Notes under the pieces: model-generated | What the model was told of the DNA's origin: nothing | What the model saw: only the letters and a program-made list of their open reading frames with translations | The model's database searches: none | Part shown: piece by piece, positions 1 to 11,038 of the stretch | Layout of the letters: every line of letters begins with the position of its first letter | Numbering within the stretch: position 1 is the first letter of the stretch | Made by a program: the position numbers and the translations under genes | Assembly (NCBI GenBank): GCA_021613535.1 | Contig: CP075497.1 | Coordinates: 11,656,001 to 11,720,000, forward strand | Direction: 5' to 3' | DNA length: 64,000 nucleotides | Source of the DNA: Adineta vaga | Lineage: Eukaryota > Animalia > Rotifera

Positions 1-261
1 CATGTTGTTCGAGATGATTTCTGTGTATGTCCATCATGTAATTTTCCGGCTATACATTCTGAATTTCTCAAGTAAGTCGATAGTTTTTTTAATATATTAT
101 TCGAGAGATCTCGAATTACCCCTTTTTGTTTTGTTAGATATTTAACTACGGATGATACATGTCCAATATGTTCAACGAAAATTGATGGAACTCGTCTTTC
201 TCGCATGGATAGTGGATCCGCTGTGGATAGTTTTCTTGCACAATCATCGGATATGTCTTGA
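1..261 (+). CDS. WDR19: 3' end (last two exons) of WD repeat protein 19 / IFT144
   Basis: Exons 1-71 and 138-261 splice to HVVRDDFCVCPSCNFPAIHSEFLKYLTTDDTCPICSTKIDG...*. This matches the C-terminal CPxCxFPA...CPxC zinc-binding region of WDR19/IFT144. Confidence 0.85.
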
Positions 262-2058
262 GTGCGAAGATTAGGATATTGAAATACAAATGACTTTTAT
301 ACGTGTTGTGTACATCATCTTTGTTATATTCATATATATGAAATAAAAGTTCTGGGGCTTTGATTATGATTTTTAAAAGGATTTCGATTGTTGTTTTTCC
401 TCAATAAAGTACGGAATAAAACCAAAGAGAGTTGTATTATGATAATGAAAATAAATATTCACACTTAGTTCAAGGCAGTGATTTCAATTGACAGAAACCT
501 TCGATCCGCAACAATAACTACTTCCGTGAAACTACAGAGAATGTTCAGGAACTGACCGTTTCCACACCGGATTCTTCGATTTGGGTTGTGATTCGTATGA
601 TATTAAAAGCATGTATTCGATTAAATGATAACCAACGTGTTAAAAATATTAGAAGAAATCGTTCATCAAAATCACTTATTCAATTGTATAATCAGTTATT
701 TTTATTTAATAATTAAACGATATAAATATTTTCATTGTAGTCACAGATTTCCGATTTTATTTTTCAATCTTAGTTTATTTTATCAACAAGCAATGGAATG
801 ATCAAATATGACTTTATCAATATAGAGTGATTGATCCAGAGAAGTTTTAACATCACACTTTCGAAGATATATTCCAGGCTAATGTTTTCATCAAAAAATC
901 CAATTAGTATTTCCTGTATTTTTCAAAGAAAAAAAAATCATGACACGTATAATCTATTCTAAATACCCTTAGGTTAGTAAGATTACATACATTATTGAAG
1001 CGGATATGAAAGTTTCTCTATACCTGGAGTTCAATGATTGTACGTCTTAGATTATAACTACGTTTCATCTAGAATTTAATATTTGGAAAGAGTTCGTTCA
1101 TCAAAGATATAAATAAGTGTTTATTACTCATAATATATATAAAAGAAATTCATCGAACATTCTTAAAGACGAAATAATCTGGTGAGATAAGTATCAAATT
1201 GATCTTATGCGTATCATTTTCTTCAATAATTATTGTCACAGTTAAAAGTACATTCTTGATATCCTTTTTTTCACATTAATGTACTAAATGCATGATATCT
1301 TAGTAATACTAAATCATTTATATTCAATTGACAGGAAATATCGAATGCGGGATAATGGCGTTATTTTATAAAATCTAAAATAACATATTTCTGCTCTCAC
1401 CGTAAAATAACATTTTAATTGATATCACTTTTTTATAAGGGAAATTTATAAGTAAGAACGCCTGACTTCATCGCTCGAAATATTCTACAGATTCTATTAA
1501 TGTATCCTAGTTTCCGTGAAATATATGAAGGCATGTAGTACAACGAGCATGTTGTGATACATGCAACTAAAATGTACTGACTCATTTTGATGAAAATATT
1601 CCAGAACAATGTTATTTCAAAGAATTTTTTGATTCAATCTGTTTCTAATGAAAGATTTCAATTATAATTATAAGAAAAAATCTTACAAAAGCACTTTTGA
1701 TCTTCTTAGATTTGTAATCATATTTATAAATAACTGAATCTTACCTGTTAAATTAAAGATCTGTAAATAGATAGAAAATTCTAGGCATCAAACTACCTAA
1801 ATATCATTTCACTTCTAATTAAAAATGAATATAAAAGACACATGTAATAGTTTCAGATCCAAAAAAAAACATTTAATCGATTTGTCTGACAAACAGACAT
1901 ACATTTATATATTAAACTCCAAAAATAAACCAACAACTACAATCACATACATAAAACATTCGTACAAAATAACAAAAACGTTTTCATATCTTAACATTCG
2001 ATTCACGTATGTGCGAAAAATGAGATAACATTAATTTTCACTTGAAAGAATAACATGA

Positions 2059-2226
2059 TCAAAACTTTCGCGATCGTCGAATATAATATCGAGGTCCAAA
2101 TTGTGTTCGAATTGCTCGAGCATAAAGAACAGTTGATGTTTGTGATCGACAACATGGTCTTTTTGCGGGTGGTAAAGATGCATATCCATGATAACATGGT
2201 AACGGCCGACAATATCTATGACCCAT
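2059..2226 (-). CDS. Small 55-aa basic Arg/Tyr/Cys-rich peptide, unknown function
   Basis: ATG to TGA ORF MGHRYCRPLPCYHGYASLPPAKRPCCRSQTSTVLYARAIRTQFGPRYYIRRSRKF. It is GC-richer than its flanks and preceded by a pyrimidine tract ending in AG. It falls below the ORF-track cutoff. Confidence 0.45.
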   Translation of the reverse strand: MGHRYCRPLPCYHGYASLPPAKRPCCRSQTSTVLYARAIRTQFGPRYYIRRSRKF

Positions 2227-3214
2227 CGTTGAAACCAAATGAAACTATAAGAATCGTGTTGTTGAGAGAAAGAAAAAAAAACTTTCTGGCAACCACGTCG
2301 CTGTTTTATTATAAAGATTTTTCTCCTCCTTCTAGAAAAAGAAAATCAAGCAGCGGAAATGAGAAAAAACTCGCGAATGTTAAATATTTAATCAGAAAAG
2401 AAAGTTCTGTATTTATAGATTATTTTCGACGAAAATTTCGCAATCAATTAAGAAATGTCAATGCCATTATTTTCGAAATTTGAAATAAATCCAAAAAATA
2501 TTTATATTTCTATATCTTACAGTTAATAATTGAACATCGTGACATTTTGTGTTATCATTACAGATCTCTTCACTTTATGTTGTTGCTTTTCGAAAATTCT
2601 ATTCAGGAAACTTTTATTGGTTTAATTACATATTTTTGTAGTAAAAAGCTGACGTCTTTCCTTTTTTTTTTTGAATGAAATAATCCATGTGAATCATGCA
2701 CAAGTGCTCTAATTGTATAGGAGAAGAAGCCAAATGAACTTCATTTCCTGTGCTTACGAGTATATGATAGTCATCTCTACGGAATTGCAAGTTATTGTTC
2801 TTGTCTAAGAATTATTTATATGAGTGGAGTTGTGAAAATTATTATCAAGGGAATCTTCTTCGTCATTCGTATTTTTTACTAAATGACTTTTGTTAAAAAA
2901 CATAATGTAATCTTTGTCTAGACTTGATAAATATTTATTTCAATACAAACAACAATAATTCTTAAGTGTTACAAATAACTATATGATTTGTTTCTATGTT
3001 AAAAGAAATAAAGCGCGTGTTTCCATTGGTGGTCAGTGACATCTTGTTCTTGTATTATCCCGCATCTCATACGCAGTCGTCAAGGGCAAATAAATAAATC
3101 TCATACATTATTCGTATTTTTTCTTCTTCTTCTTCCTCTCAAGTGTAGATTGAAGAACGTATGTATTGACCGAATCTATTCCATGTTTATCGTTTCGTTT
3201 AGATTATTTTATCA

Positions 3215-4149
3215 ATGATAGTTTATAATCTTCCAAACGATATAACATTTAGTAAAACAATTATTGAACGAGGTCAAGGTCTACACGCTCCTAATGAAGG
3301 TATGGAATTAACATGTATTAACGAAGGAAAAATCGAGTTATTGTAGGTTCACATTGTAAATTAATAATAAATTTTTCTCCAAATGAATATTCATTTTCGG
3401 AAGATTTCTATCACGATCTTCTTCCTTTCAACGAAGAAATAGTCATTCAACTTGGCTTCTATTCTTCTATTATTAGTAATTATGTACACAAATGTTTAGT
3501 GACAATGAAACAAAATGAATTCTCTCAATTAACTTTTAATTATCCACTAGATTCGTATGAAATTTTCTTCTTATTTAAACATTATTCTTACATATTTCAT
3601 TTCAGAAGTCAACCTCAACAGATCGAACTTTCCATTCGTTTAATTTCGTTCGAACGTTCACCGGAAATCTATTCATTTTCAATCGATAATCTCTATGATT
3701 TCGCATTAAAACACAAAGAAAATGCGAATAAATTTTTTCAAAACAAACATTATCTTCAAGCTTTTCAACTTTATCATCGTTCTTTATGTTACATATTAAA
3801 TTTCATTTCTGAACAACCATCCAGTGAATATTTAGAAAAATTCAATCAATTAATTCTCTCAATCTATTCTAATATGTCGGCATGTCAATTAATTTATGGA
3901 AATAATTTCAATGTTATTGAAAATTGTTCATCAGCATTGGATATCAATCCAAATTATGTCAAAGCTTTATATCGTCGAGGTTATGCATATGGAAATATAA
4001 ATGATTATGAATTAGCTATGAAAGATCTTCATTTAGCGAATCAACTTGAACCTAATGATAAGAAAATCGAAGAATTATTGAAAATAACAAAACAACGTTT
4101 TGAACAATATAATAAAACATTAGGAAAATCATTGAAAAATCTTTTCTAA
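3215..4149 (+). CDS. FKBP-like domain plus TPR protein (FKBP4/5/FKBPL-type co-chaperone)
   Basis: Spliced N-terminus SKTIIERGQGLHAPNEGSHC resembles a degenerate FKBP domain. TPR clamp motifs follow: KENANKFF, YSNMSACQL, YVKALYRRG. Introns at 3300-3346 and probably 3555-3605 (length 3n, no stop). Confidence 0.8.
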
Positions 4150-4212
4150 AGAACATTAAAATGAATTTTTCAAATTCTATTGATCTAGTCAGATATAATC
4201 TTGATTTTTCAG

Positions 4213-5159
4213 ATGTTTTTCATTTGGATTTTGTTCATTGCGATAACGAATGTTATCTGCGAAGATTTCTATTCGTTTACAGTTAAAGATTGGGAAGGAA
4301 ATGATGTTTCATTAGAACAATATCGTGGAAAGGTGAATCATTTGCATCGTTTTCCAACACCAAAATACATTCTTTTTTATCATTCTAGGTTACATTGGTT
4401 GTAAATGTAAGTTGTTTTTCTCCTGTAAATGGAAGCGGAAGATAATCGATAGATAATGTTCAGTTTGTTTGTTTGTTTCTTCAATTAAACAAATGATCCG
4501 ATAAGTTCGATATATACTATTGATATCTATATTTATTCTTATCATGAAGCCATAGTTTTGATGATTAGAAGAGAAGATTATTCTATCATTCTGATTGGCG
4601 CTAACTGTTTCGTTTAGGTTGCAAGTGAATGTTCATTTACTGATTCACATTATGAAGCACTTGTCGGTATTCAAGAGAAATTGAATAAGGGTAATCGAAA
4701 TATATTTCAAGTACTCGCTTTTCCAAGCAATCAATTTGGTGGACAAGAGCCGAATGTAAATATTTTTGAAAACAAAGACGATCTGTTTTTATTGTTCGAT
4801 ATTTCGATTTTTAAGAGTGATCGTCATATTCAAGCTTGGGCGAAAGATATGTTTGATATCAATTTTCCTATTTTTGCCAAAGGTGCTGTTATTAAAGAGA
4901 ATGACGAGGAATTACCAGATGTATGGCGATTTCTAAGTGGTAAATAAGATTTGCTTTTGTTGATTCATACGGAAAAATGATTCTTTTTTATTCTTCAGAA
5001 AAAACCGAACCACCCAATTGGAATTTTTGGAAATATTTGATTGATCCTGATGGAAACGTTATTCAAGCATATTCTCCACAAATCAATGTTCGTCAAGTTT
5101 ATCCTGATATTAAAAAATTACTTATTAAATATAATCTCCTCGATAAATCTGAATTATAA
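4213..5159 (+). CDS. GPX7: ER-type Cys glutathione peroxidase (GPX7/8-like)
   Basis: Signal peptide; VTLVVN|VASECSFTDSHY (Cys, not Sec); LAFPSNQFGGQEP; PNWNFWKYL; C-terminal KSEL, a KDEL-like signal. Includes an 18-nt micro-exon at 4389-4406. Confidence 0.85.
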
Positions 5160-5523
5160 ATGAACAAATCGTCAACATATTAAACGTTGAGTGCTCTATT
5201 TATTCTTCCGGTTGTTATCTTATTTACTATATACTCTAGTCGATCTATGTTATCATGCATGTGTGTGTACTCTTTTTTTATACTCAATGATGTTCATGTT
5301 TGCTGTTATCTGAATGACGTTTTCTAAAGATTTTTTTCTTACAATAAAAATATTCAATACATATGTCTAAACTTTGTTCTTATACTATGACCCGTTGGTT
5401 CGGTAATATTTGTTAAGAGAGAAAGGATTGGTTAGCAGATACTTCTTGACTTGATAGTTTGGCTTAGGATTTAACTTTTCGACTTATCTTCTTCAGATTC
5501 AGACGTTTCTTCATTTGTTTATA

Positions 5524-6456
5524 ATGTCTTCTAATCCTACCAGTCATTTTATCAGTTTACCTGATTGTCGTATTGTCGGAAACAATGGTGATATTACTCG
5601 TGGTTCATTGAAGCTTCATTATTGGGAATGGAAAGGTCATGAACCTACGATTCTCCTCTGCCATGCAACGTCTTTTCATGGTCGATGTTATGATCGCATC
5701 ATTAATGAAGCTCTACATGGTTATCATGTAATTGCTCTAGATTTCCGTGGTCATGGTCGATCACAACAACATCCACCTCCATATAGTTTTCCATGGCTTG
5801 GTGAAGATGTTTTGCATTTGATTGATGTATTAAATCTTTCCACGACTAATCTAATTGGTATTGGTCATTCAGCTGGCGGCTATGCTTTGACGTATGCAGC
5901 AGCAATTGCTCCAAAACGTTTATTTCAATTTCTAATATTACTTGATCCCGGTATAGTTTCTCGTTCATTATATGGAATTGGTGATGAAAGACAACCTGTA
6001 TTAGAATATATTCTTCGTCGAAAAAATCAATGGTCATCTGTGGAAGAAATGATACTAAGACTAGAAACTCGTGAACCATTCTCTCGATGGCCAAAAGATA
6101 CTCTTCGTAATTATTGTACCTATGCATTGGATGAAAATAATACACTTCAACTGAGTGCAGAAGGAGAACATTCAATGTATCATTCTGCTTTACAAACTAA
6201 ATCAAATATTTATCCAGTTATTGAGCAATCGAAATTTATTCATGATATTCCAATTTACATTGTAAGATCATCGTTACCGCTGATTGTTGGACAATTCGAT
6301 ACATCACCTTCAGAACCTGATCTTGTCAAATCGTTCAAGAAAGGACGAGATATCTTTTTAGAAAATGCAACACATCTATTCCCTATGGAAAATCCACCAT
6401 TGATGATTAATCTTGTTAAAAAACTGCTCCATGAAAATATACGTTCTTATCTTTAA
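5524..6456 (+). CDS. Alpha/beta hydrolase, tandem copy 1 (intronless)
   Basis: LCHATSFHGR, LDFRGHGRS, nucleophile elbow GHSAGG, catalytic His in HLFPME. Confidence 0.9.
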   Translation: MSSNPTSHFISLPDCRIVGNNGDITRGSLKLHYWEWKGHEPTILLCHATSFHGRCYDRIINEALHGYHVIALDFRGHGRSQQHPPPYSFPWLGEDVLHLIDVLNLSTTNLIGIGHSAGGYALTYAAAIAPKRLFQFLILLDPGIVSRSLYGIGDERQPVLEYILRRKNQWSSVEEMILRLETREPFSRWPKDTLRNYCTYALDENNTLQLSAEGEHSMYHSALQTKSNIYPVIEQSKFIHDIPIYIVRSSLPLIVGQFDTSPSEPDLVKSFKKGRDIFLENATHLFPMENPPLMINLVKKLLHENIRSYL

Positions 6457-6972
6457 AGTAACTTACTACGATAAGATAGGAATTCATATAAATGACCACA
6501 AAAACAATATTTTTATTTATTTTTTTAAATTTTTATTGATTTGATTCTTGCACTGATTCGCGATCTACAAAGTTATCGATAAAAGACAACTACTGTAATA
6601 AGATGAAATCTTTTCTATTCGTCAGTGAAACTGGTTGTTATATTTTAAAAAGGTTTTTGTTTTTTTAAGATAGATATGATCTCTTGTACCTCACGTATCT
6701 TTCGACGAACAATGTCTTCTAATCCTACCAGCCATTTTATTACACTACCAAATCGTCCCATTATTGGAAGCAAAGATGAACTAACATCAGGCCCGCTTAA
6801 ACTACATTATTGGGAATGGAAAGGTCATGAACCTACGATTCTCCTCTGCCATGCAACGTCTTTTCATGGTCGATGTTATGATCGCATCATTAATGAAGCT
6901 CTACATGGTTATCATGTAATTGCTCTAGATTTCCGTGGTCATGGTCGATCACAACAACATCCACCTCCATAT
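5617..6972 (+). repeat. 168-nt identical direct repeat (5617-5784 and 6805-6972) inside the tandem hydrolases
   Basis: Base-by-base identical from cattattgggaatgg to ccacctccatat; the flanking coding sequence is diverged. Confidence 0.92.
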
Positions 6973-7650
6973 TCTTTTCCTTGGCTTGCGGAAGATTGTC
7001 TACGATTTATTGAAGAAATGAATCTTTCAAAGACAAAACTGATTGGTATTGGTCATTCAGCTGGTGGTTATTCTTTAATTTATGCGGCAGCAGTAGCATC
7101 AAAACGTTTATTTCAAAGTCTACTTTTAATCGATCCAGTTATTATGCCTCGTTCAATCTATGAGGATGATGACATTGATTTATCCGCTACGGATTATGTA
7201 CTCCGTAGAAAAAATCAATGGTCATCTGTTGAAGATATGATATCACGATTAAAAAAACGTGGTACATTTTCACACTGGCCCAAAGATACTCTTCGGAATT
7301 ATTGTACTTATGCGGTTGATAAAAATTTTAAACTTGTTTGTACACCTGAAGGAGAAGCATCAATCTATCGATCTGGTTCTCAATCCAATTCCAATATTTA
7401 TCCATTAATTGAACAATCAAAATACATTCACGATACTCCTCTACATATTGTACGAGTATCACCAGGAGAAACCACTGGAGTATTTGATCAATCTCCAACA
7501 GCACCTGATCTTGCGAAAAATTTCAAAAAAGGAAAAGATATATTATTAGAAAATGTCAAACATCTCTTTCCAATGGAACAACCAGATATAGCAATTGATC
7601 TTGTAAAAAAATTTATGAAAGAAACTAATAAAATTTCTTCTCATTTGTAA
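6676..7650 (+). CDS. Alpha/beta hydrolase, tandem copy 2 (intronless), with an Arg/Ser-rich N-terminal extension and C-terminal SHL
   Basis: Same motifs as copy 1. The second ATG at 6712 aligns with the copy-1 start MSSNPTSHFI. Confidence 0.9.
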   Translation: MISCTSRIFRRTMSSNPTSHFITLPNRPIIGSKDELTSGPLKLHYWEWKGHEPTILLCHATSFHGRCYDRIINEALHGYHVIALDFRGHGRSQQHPPPYSFPWLAEDCLRFIEEMNLSKTKLIGIGHSAGGYSLIYAAAVASKRLFQSLLLIDPVIMPRSIYEDDDIDLSATDYVLRRKNQWSSVEDMISRLKKRGTFSHWPKDTLRNYCTYAVDKNFKLVCTPEGEASIYRSGSQSNSNIYPLIEQSKYIHDTPLHIVRVSPGETTGVFDQSPTAPDLAKNFKKGKDILLENVKHLFPMEQPDIAIDLVKKFMKETNKISSHL

Positions 7651-7795
7651 CGTTCCAACAAACAAAGCAATACTATATGTTTTATATGCATATGTCATGA
7701 TAGCATGACGATGCATTTTTTGTTTTTTAGTATAAAAGAAAATGAATATATATATATATGTATGTATGCTCGTATTTTAGATAGAATTAAAATAA

Positions 7796-8901
7796 ATGGC
7801 TGCAAAGAAACCTATAGCGGTAGTTGTCGGTAAGATTTTGATGAGATATGTATGATCATTTTTGAGTTTAATTAATTCATACCATAGGTGTCGGTCCTGG
7901 TCTAGGAACATCATTGGCTAAACGGTATAATCTTTTTAATATTATTTATTAAGACATGTGAAATTTCTATATGTTTGAAGATTTGCTGCTGGTGGTTACT
8001 CGATTGGTCTTATTGCACGAAAAGAAAGTAGTTTACAACCAGTACAAAAGGAACTTGAAGATCAAGGTCATATAGGTTATTAAGTCGTTTTGCTTTCATA
8101 GATATTTATATAATGAAAGAAATATTCTACTTTTTTAGCTTTAAGTGTTACGGCTGATGCAGGTGATGTTTCATCGATAAAAAATGCATTCGATACAATT
8201 CGAACAAAACTTGGAAATGATCCCGAAGTTTTACTTTACAATGCCGGTGGATTTACATATAGTAATTGAATTATTTCTTCGTTGATTCTAAATTTATTCT
8301 TTATTTTTTCTTACATAAAGAAAGTATTTTGGATTTAAAACCAGAAGAACTTCAAACAGCATTCAATATTAGTGTTGTTGGTGCTTTAGCAGCAAGTCAA
8401 GAAGTAAGTCAAGATAAAATAATGACTAAGATTCGAATTCGTTCTATTTTAGGTTTTACCAACAATGATTAAAAATGGAAAAGGAACAATTTTATTCACA
8501 GGTGCTACAGCAAGTCTTCGGGGTTCATCGAAATTCGCTGGTTTTGCTGCATCAAAATTTGCTTTACGTGCATTAGCACAATCCATGGCTCGTGAAGTAG
8601 GTCCACAAAGTGTTCATGTTGCTCATGTCATTATTGATGGACAAATAAATACACCTAATCAAGTTCAAAGTATTGTTTATTGTTTGATTATTTAAATGAA
8701 ATCTATTCATTCTCTTTATAGATCAATCGGACAAAAATATTGATTCATTTTTAAATAGTGATGCGGTATGAAGTCGATTTTACTGATAAAAAATTAATCT
8801 TCTTGTTTTAGATTGCTGAAACATATTGGCAATTGCATGTTCAACCTCGATCAACATGGACACATGAACTTGACCTTCGTCCATACGTTGAGAAATTTTA
8901 G
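7796..8901 (+). CDS. Short-chain dehydrogenase/reductase of a bacterial-type subgroup, 8 exons
   Basis: VVGVGPGLG Rossmann motif, YNAG, FTGATASLRG, FAASKFALRALAQSMAREVGP, HVAHVIIDG and YWQLHVQPRSTWTHELDLRPYVEKF. Seven GT-AG introns restore the reading frame. Confidence 0.85.
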
Positions 8902-11038
8902 AAAAACTTTCATCTTTTTTTTTCTCTTATATAATAAAACTATTTTAATGAGATTCGATGTATTCTATCTCCCTGTGAGAGCAAAACAAGAGTATGAAAA
9001 ACTATATAAACCTTGTAAAGTACGAAATAATAATGAGACAGACGGAAGTGCCATAAATAATAAAAGTTTTATATCCTGCCGTCTTGCGACATGATAGAAA
9101 ACAATCAAAAATATTTTGAAAAAAGTTTCATTCGATTGTCTTTCTTCTTTTTTTTCTCTTTAAATGAACATGTGAATTATTTCAAATCTCAAATATTTGA
9201 TCTCAATAACTAAGAATAACAAAGTTCTTTAGGAATATATGTTCCTGTAGCGGAAGATATTTCCCATGATATAAACACGTTGATCTCTTGTTAATAGAAT
9301 CTATGTCATACAGTGATCGATTGCGTGATGAAAACCTTGAACGAGAAGAATACAAATTTGTATTTTGTTTTTTATATTATTCATTTATTGCAACCCACAT
9401 TTTTATTTTAATTATAAATACATTGACATAGACTAATGAACTAGTCGTCATTGACACTTAACATTTTTTTTGCAGTTGAGTAAAAATATGCCGTTTTTTT
9501 TATCGATATAAATGTCCGTCATTTTCTCAGACAAACAACGTTATCAAGGAAAAGAAGACATATATCCCTATTGAAAGGATCACTGTAAGTAAATTCAATA
9601 TACAACAGTTGCTTAGATTAATGTTCCTGTAACCTTTTCAACTGAATTACCTTCGAAAACTCGTCTTAGTTCATAAGATAAATTTCATAGTTGTACAAAT
9701 TTATGAATCAATCTATTTCACAGATGTCAATCATTGATCTGTTCAATGTCTAAAACAACTCTTCATTGAAGATAGTAAGTCATTGAGATGAATATCTGTT
9801 TTATGTAAAAATCGACATGACTTTTATCTAATCATGCAACCGACAACCATGTCTGTTTCTACCGGATATTATGTTTTCGAATGAAATATTTTTGACAGAA
9901 CTCAAGTCAAATTGATAACGACACAAGCCATTTAACATGAACTTTATATAATTGAAAAGGCATATTTGTAGTTCCTGTAATTTTCTGAAGAGAAAATATG
10001 TTAGATATAGTGTTTTCCTTTTTTTCTTTAATTAAAATATTAAGAGTGAAAAAGCCACTTAGAAAATCAAATTTAGAGATATTTCTAAACGTCAATATTC
10101 ACAAGAAGAAAAGTATTTCCTCGTTATCTACAATTCCGGTTTGGCGAGTCATGTCTAATTGTTGATAAGAATAAAAGCACATCTCTCACCTCTATTCTCA
10201 CCTCTCATTTTTATCTTAATGACGAATTTTCTTTAGATACAATAAATGTACCTATGCATAACTTTTTCTTTGATCATTAAGATACTTTCCAATTACCATA
10301 AATGGTGATATTACCAAATGGAAAATCATGTCTAATGTGTTATCAGGTAATGCTAGACATCTGATTGAATTCCACAGCTGTTTGTTGACACGTGGGAGGC
10401 GTAGGAGAAAGAATGTTTTCAGAAAGATTATTTAGATTTGTATCAAACCAAATTGTCTGTTTTTTTCTACAGAATATTCTCTATTCTTCTTCTCCTTCGC
10501 TTCCTCAAAGCTTCAACTTAAATAATAGATAGCATTATTTCATTCTTGCTTGACTTCGTTTCTAGATGACTGTCAATTGATTATAACTCATGTCACTAAC
10601 TAAATACTGCTTTCTAGAACGACAGTAGTAACAAGAAAGGTATATTTACAAAGTAATCAACTGTTCAATTGAATTAATTTTTTATTTCTAGTTAAATTAA
10701 ACTTGTTGATTGACGTCAAAGATTGATCGATAAAGTGGGTGAGATTTCTTTACGAAAAAAAAAACAATTGTTCTTTGTAATTTTTCTATTTAATATTTAC
10801 GCACAGGTATAGAGGAAACTGAATTTAAAAGGAAAAATTATGCACGATTTATTCTATCATTGAAAGAACATAACATATCTTCGATAATTAAGAGAAAAAG
10901 CCTGATAAAACGACTACACGAACGGAAATATGTTTGTTGACTTCTTTTCTCTATAAAAGTATTTTATCTATCATGCAACAAAACAAAAACGTTCTTTTAC
11001 TTCAGATTAATACTTTTTATTCTTGAAAATATCTCATC

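Noticed and set aside
2055-2483. 142-aa plus-strand ORF and other short antisense or alternate-frame ORFs in the track
   Set aside because: No motifs; they are shadows of real exons or AT-rich chance ORFs.
4213-5400. Selenoprotein GPx with SECIS
   Set aside because: The active-site codon is TGT (Cys); there is no in-frame TGA.
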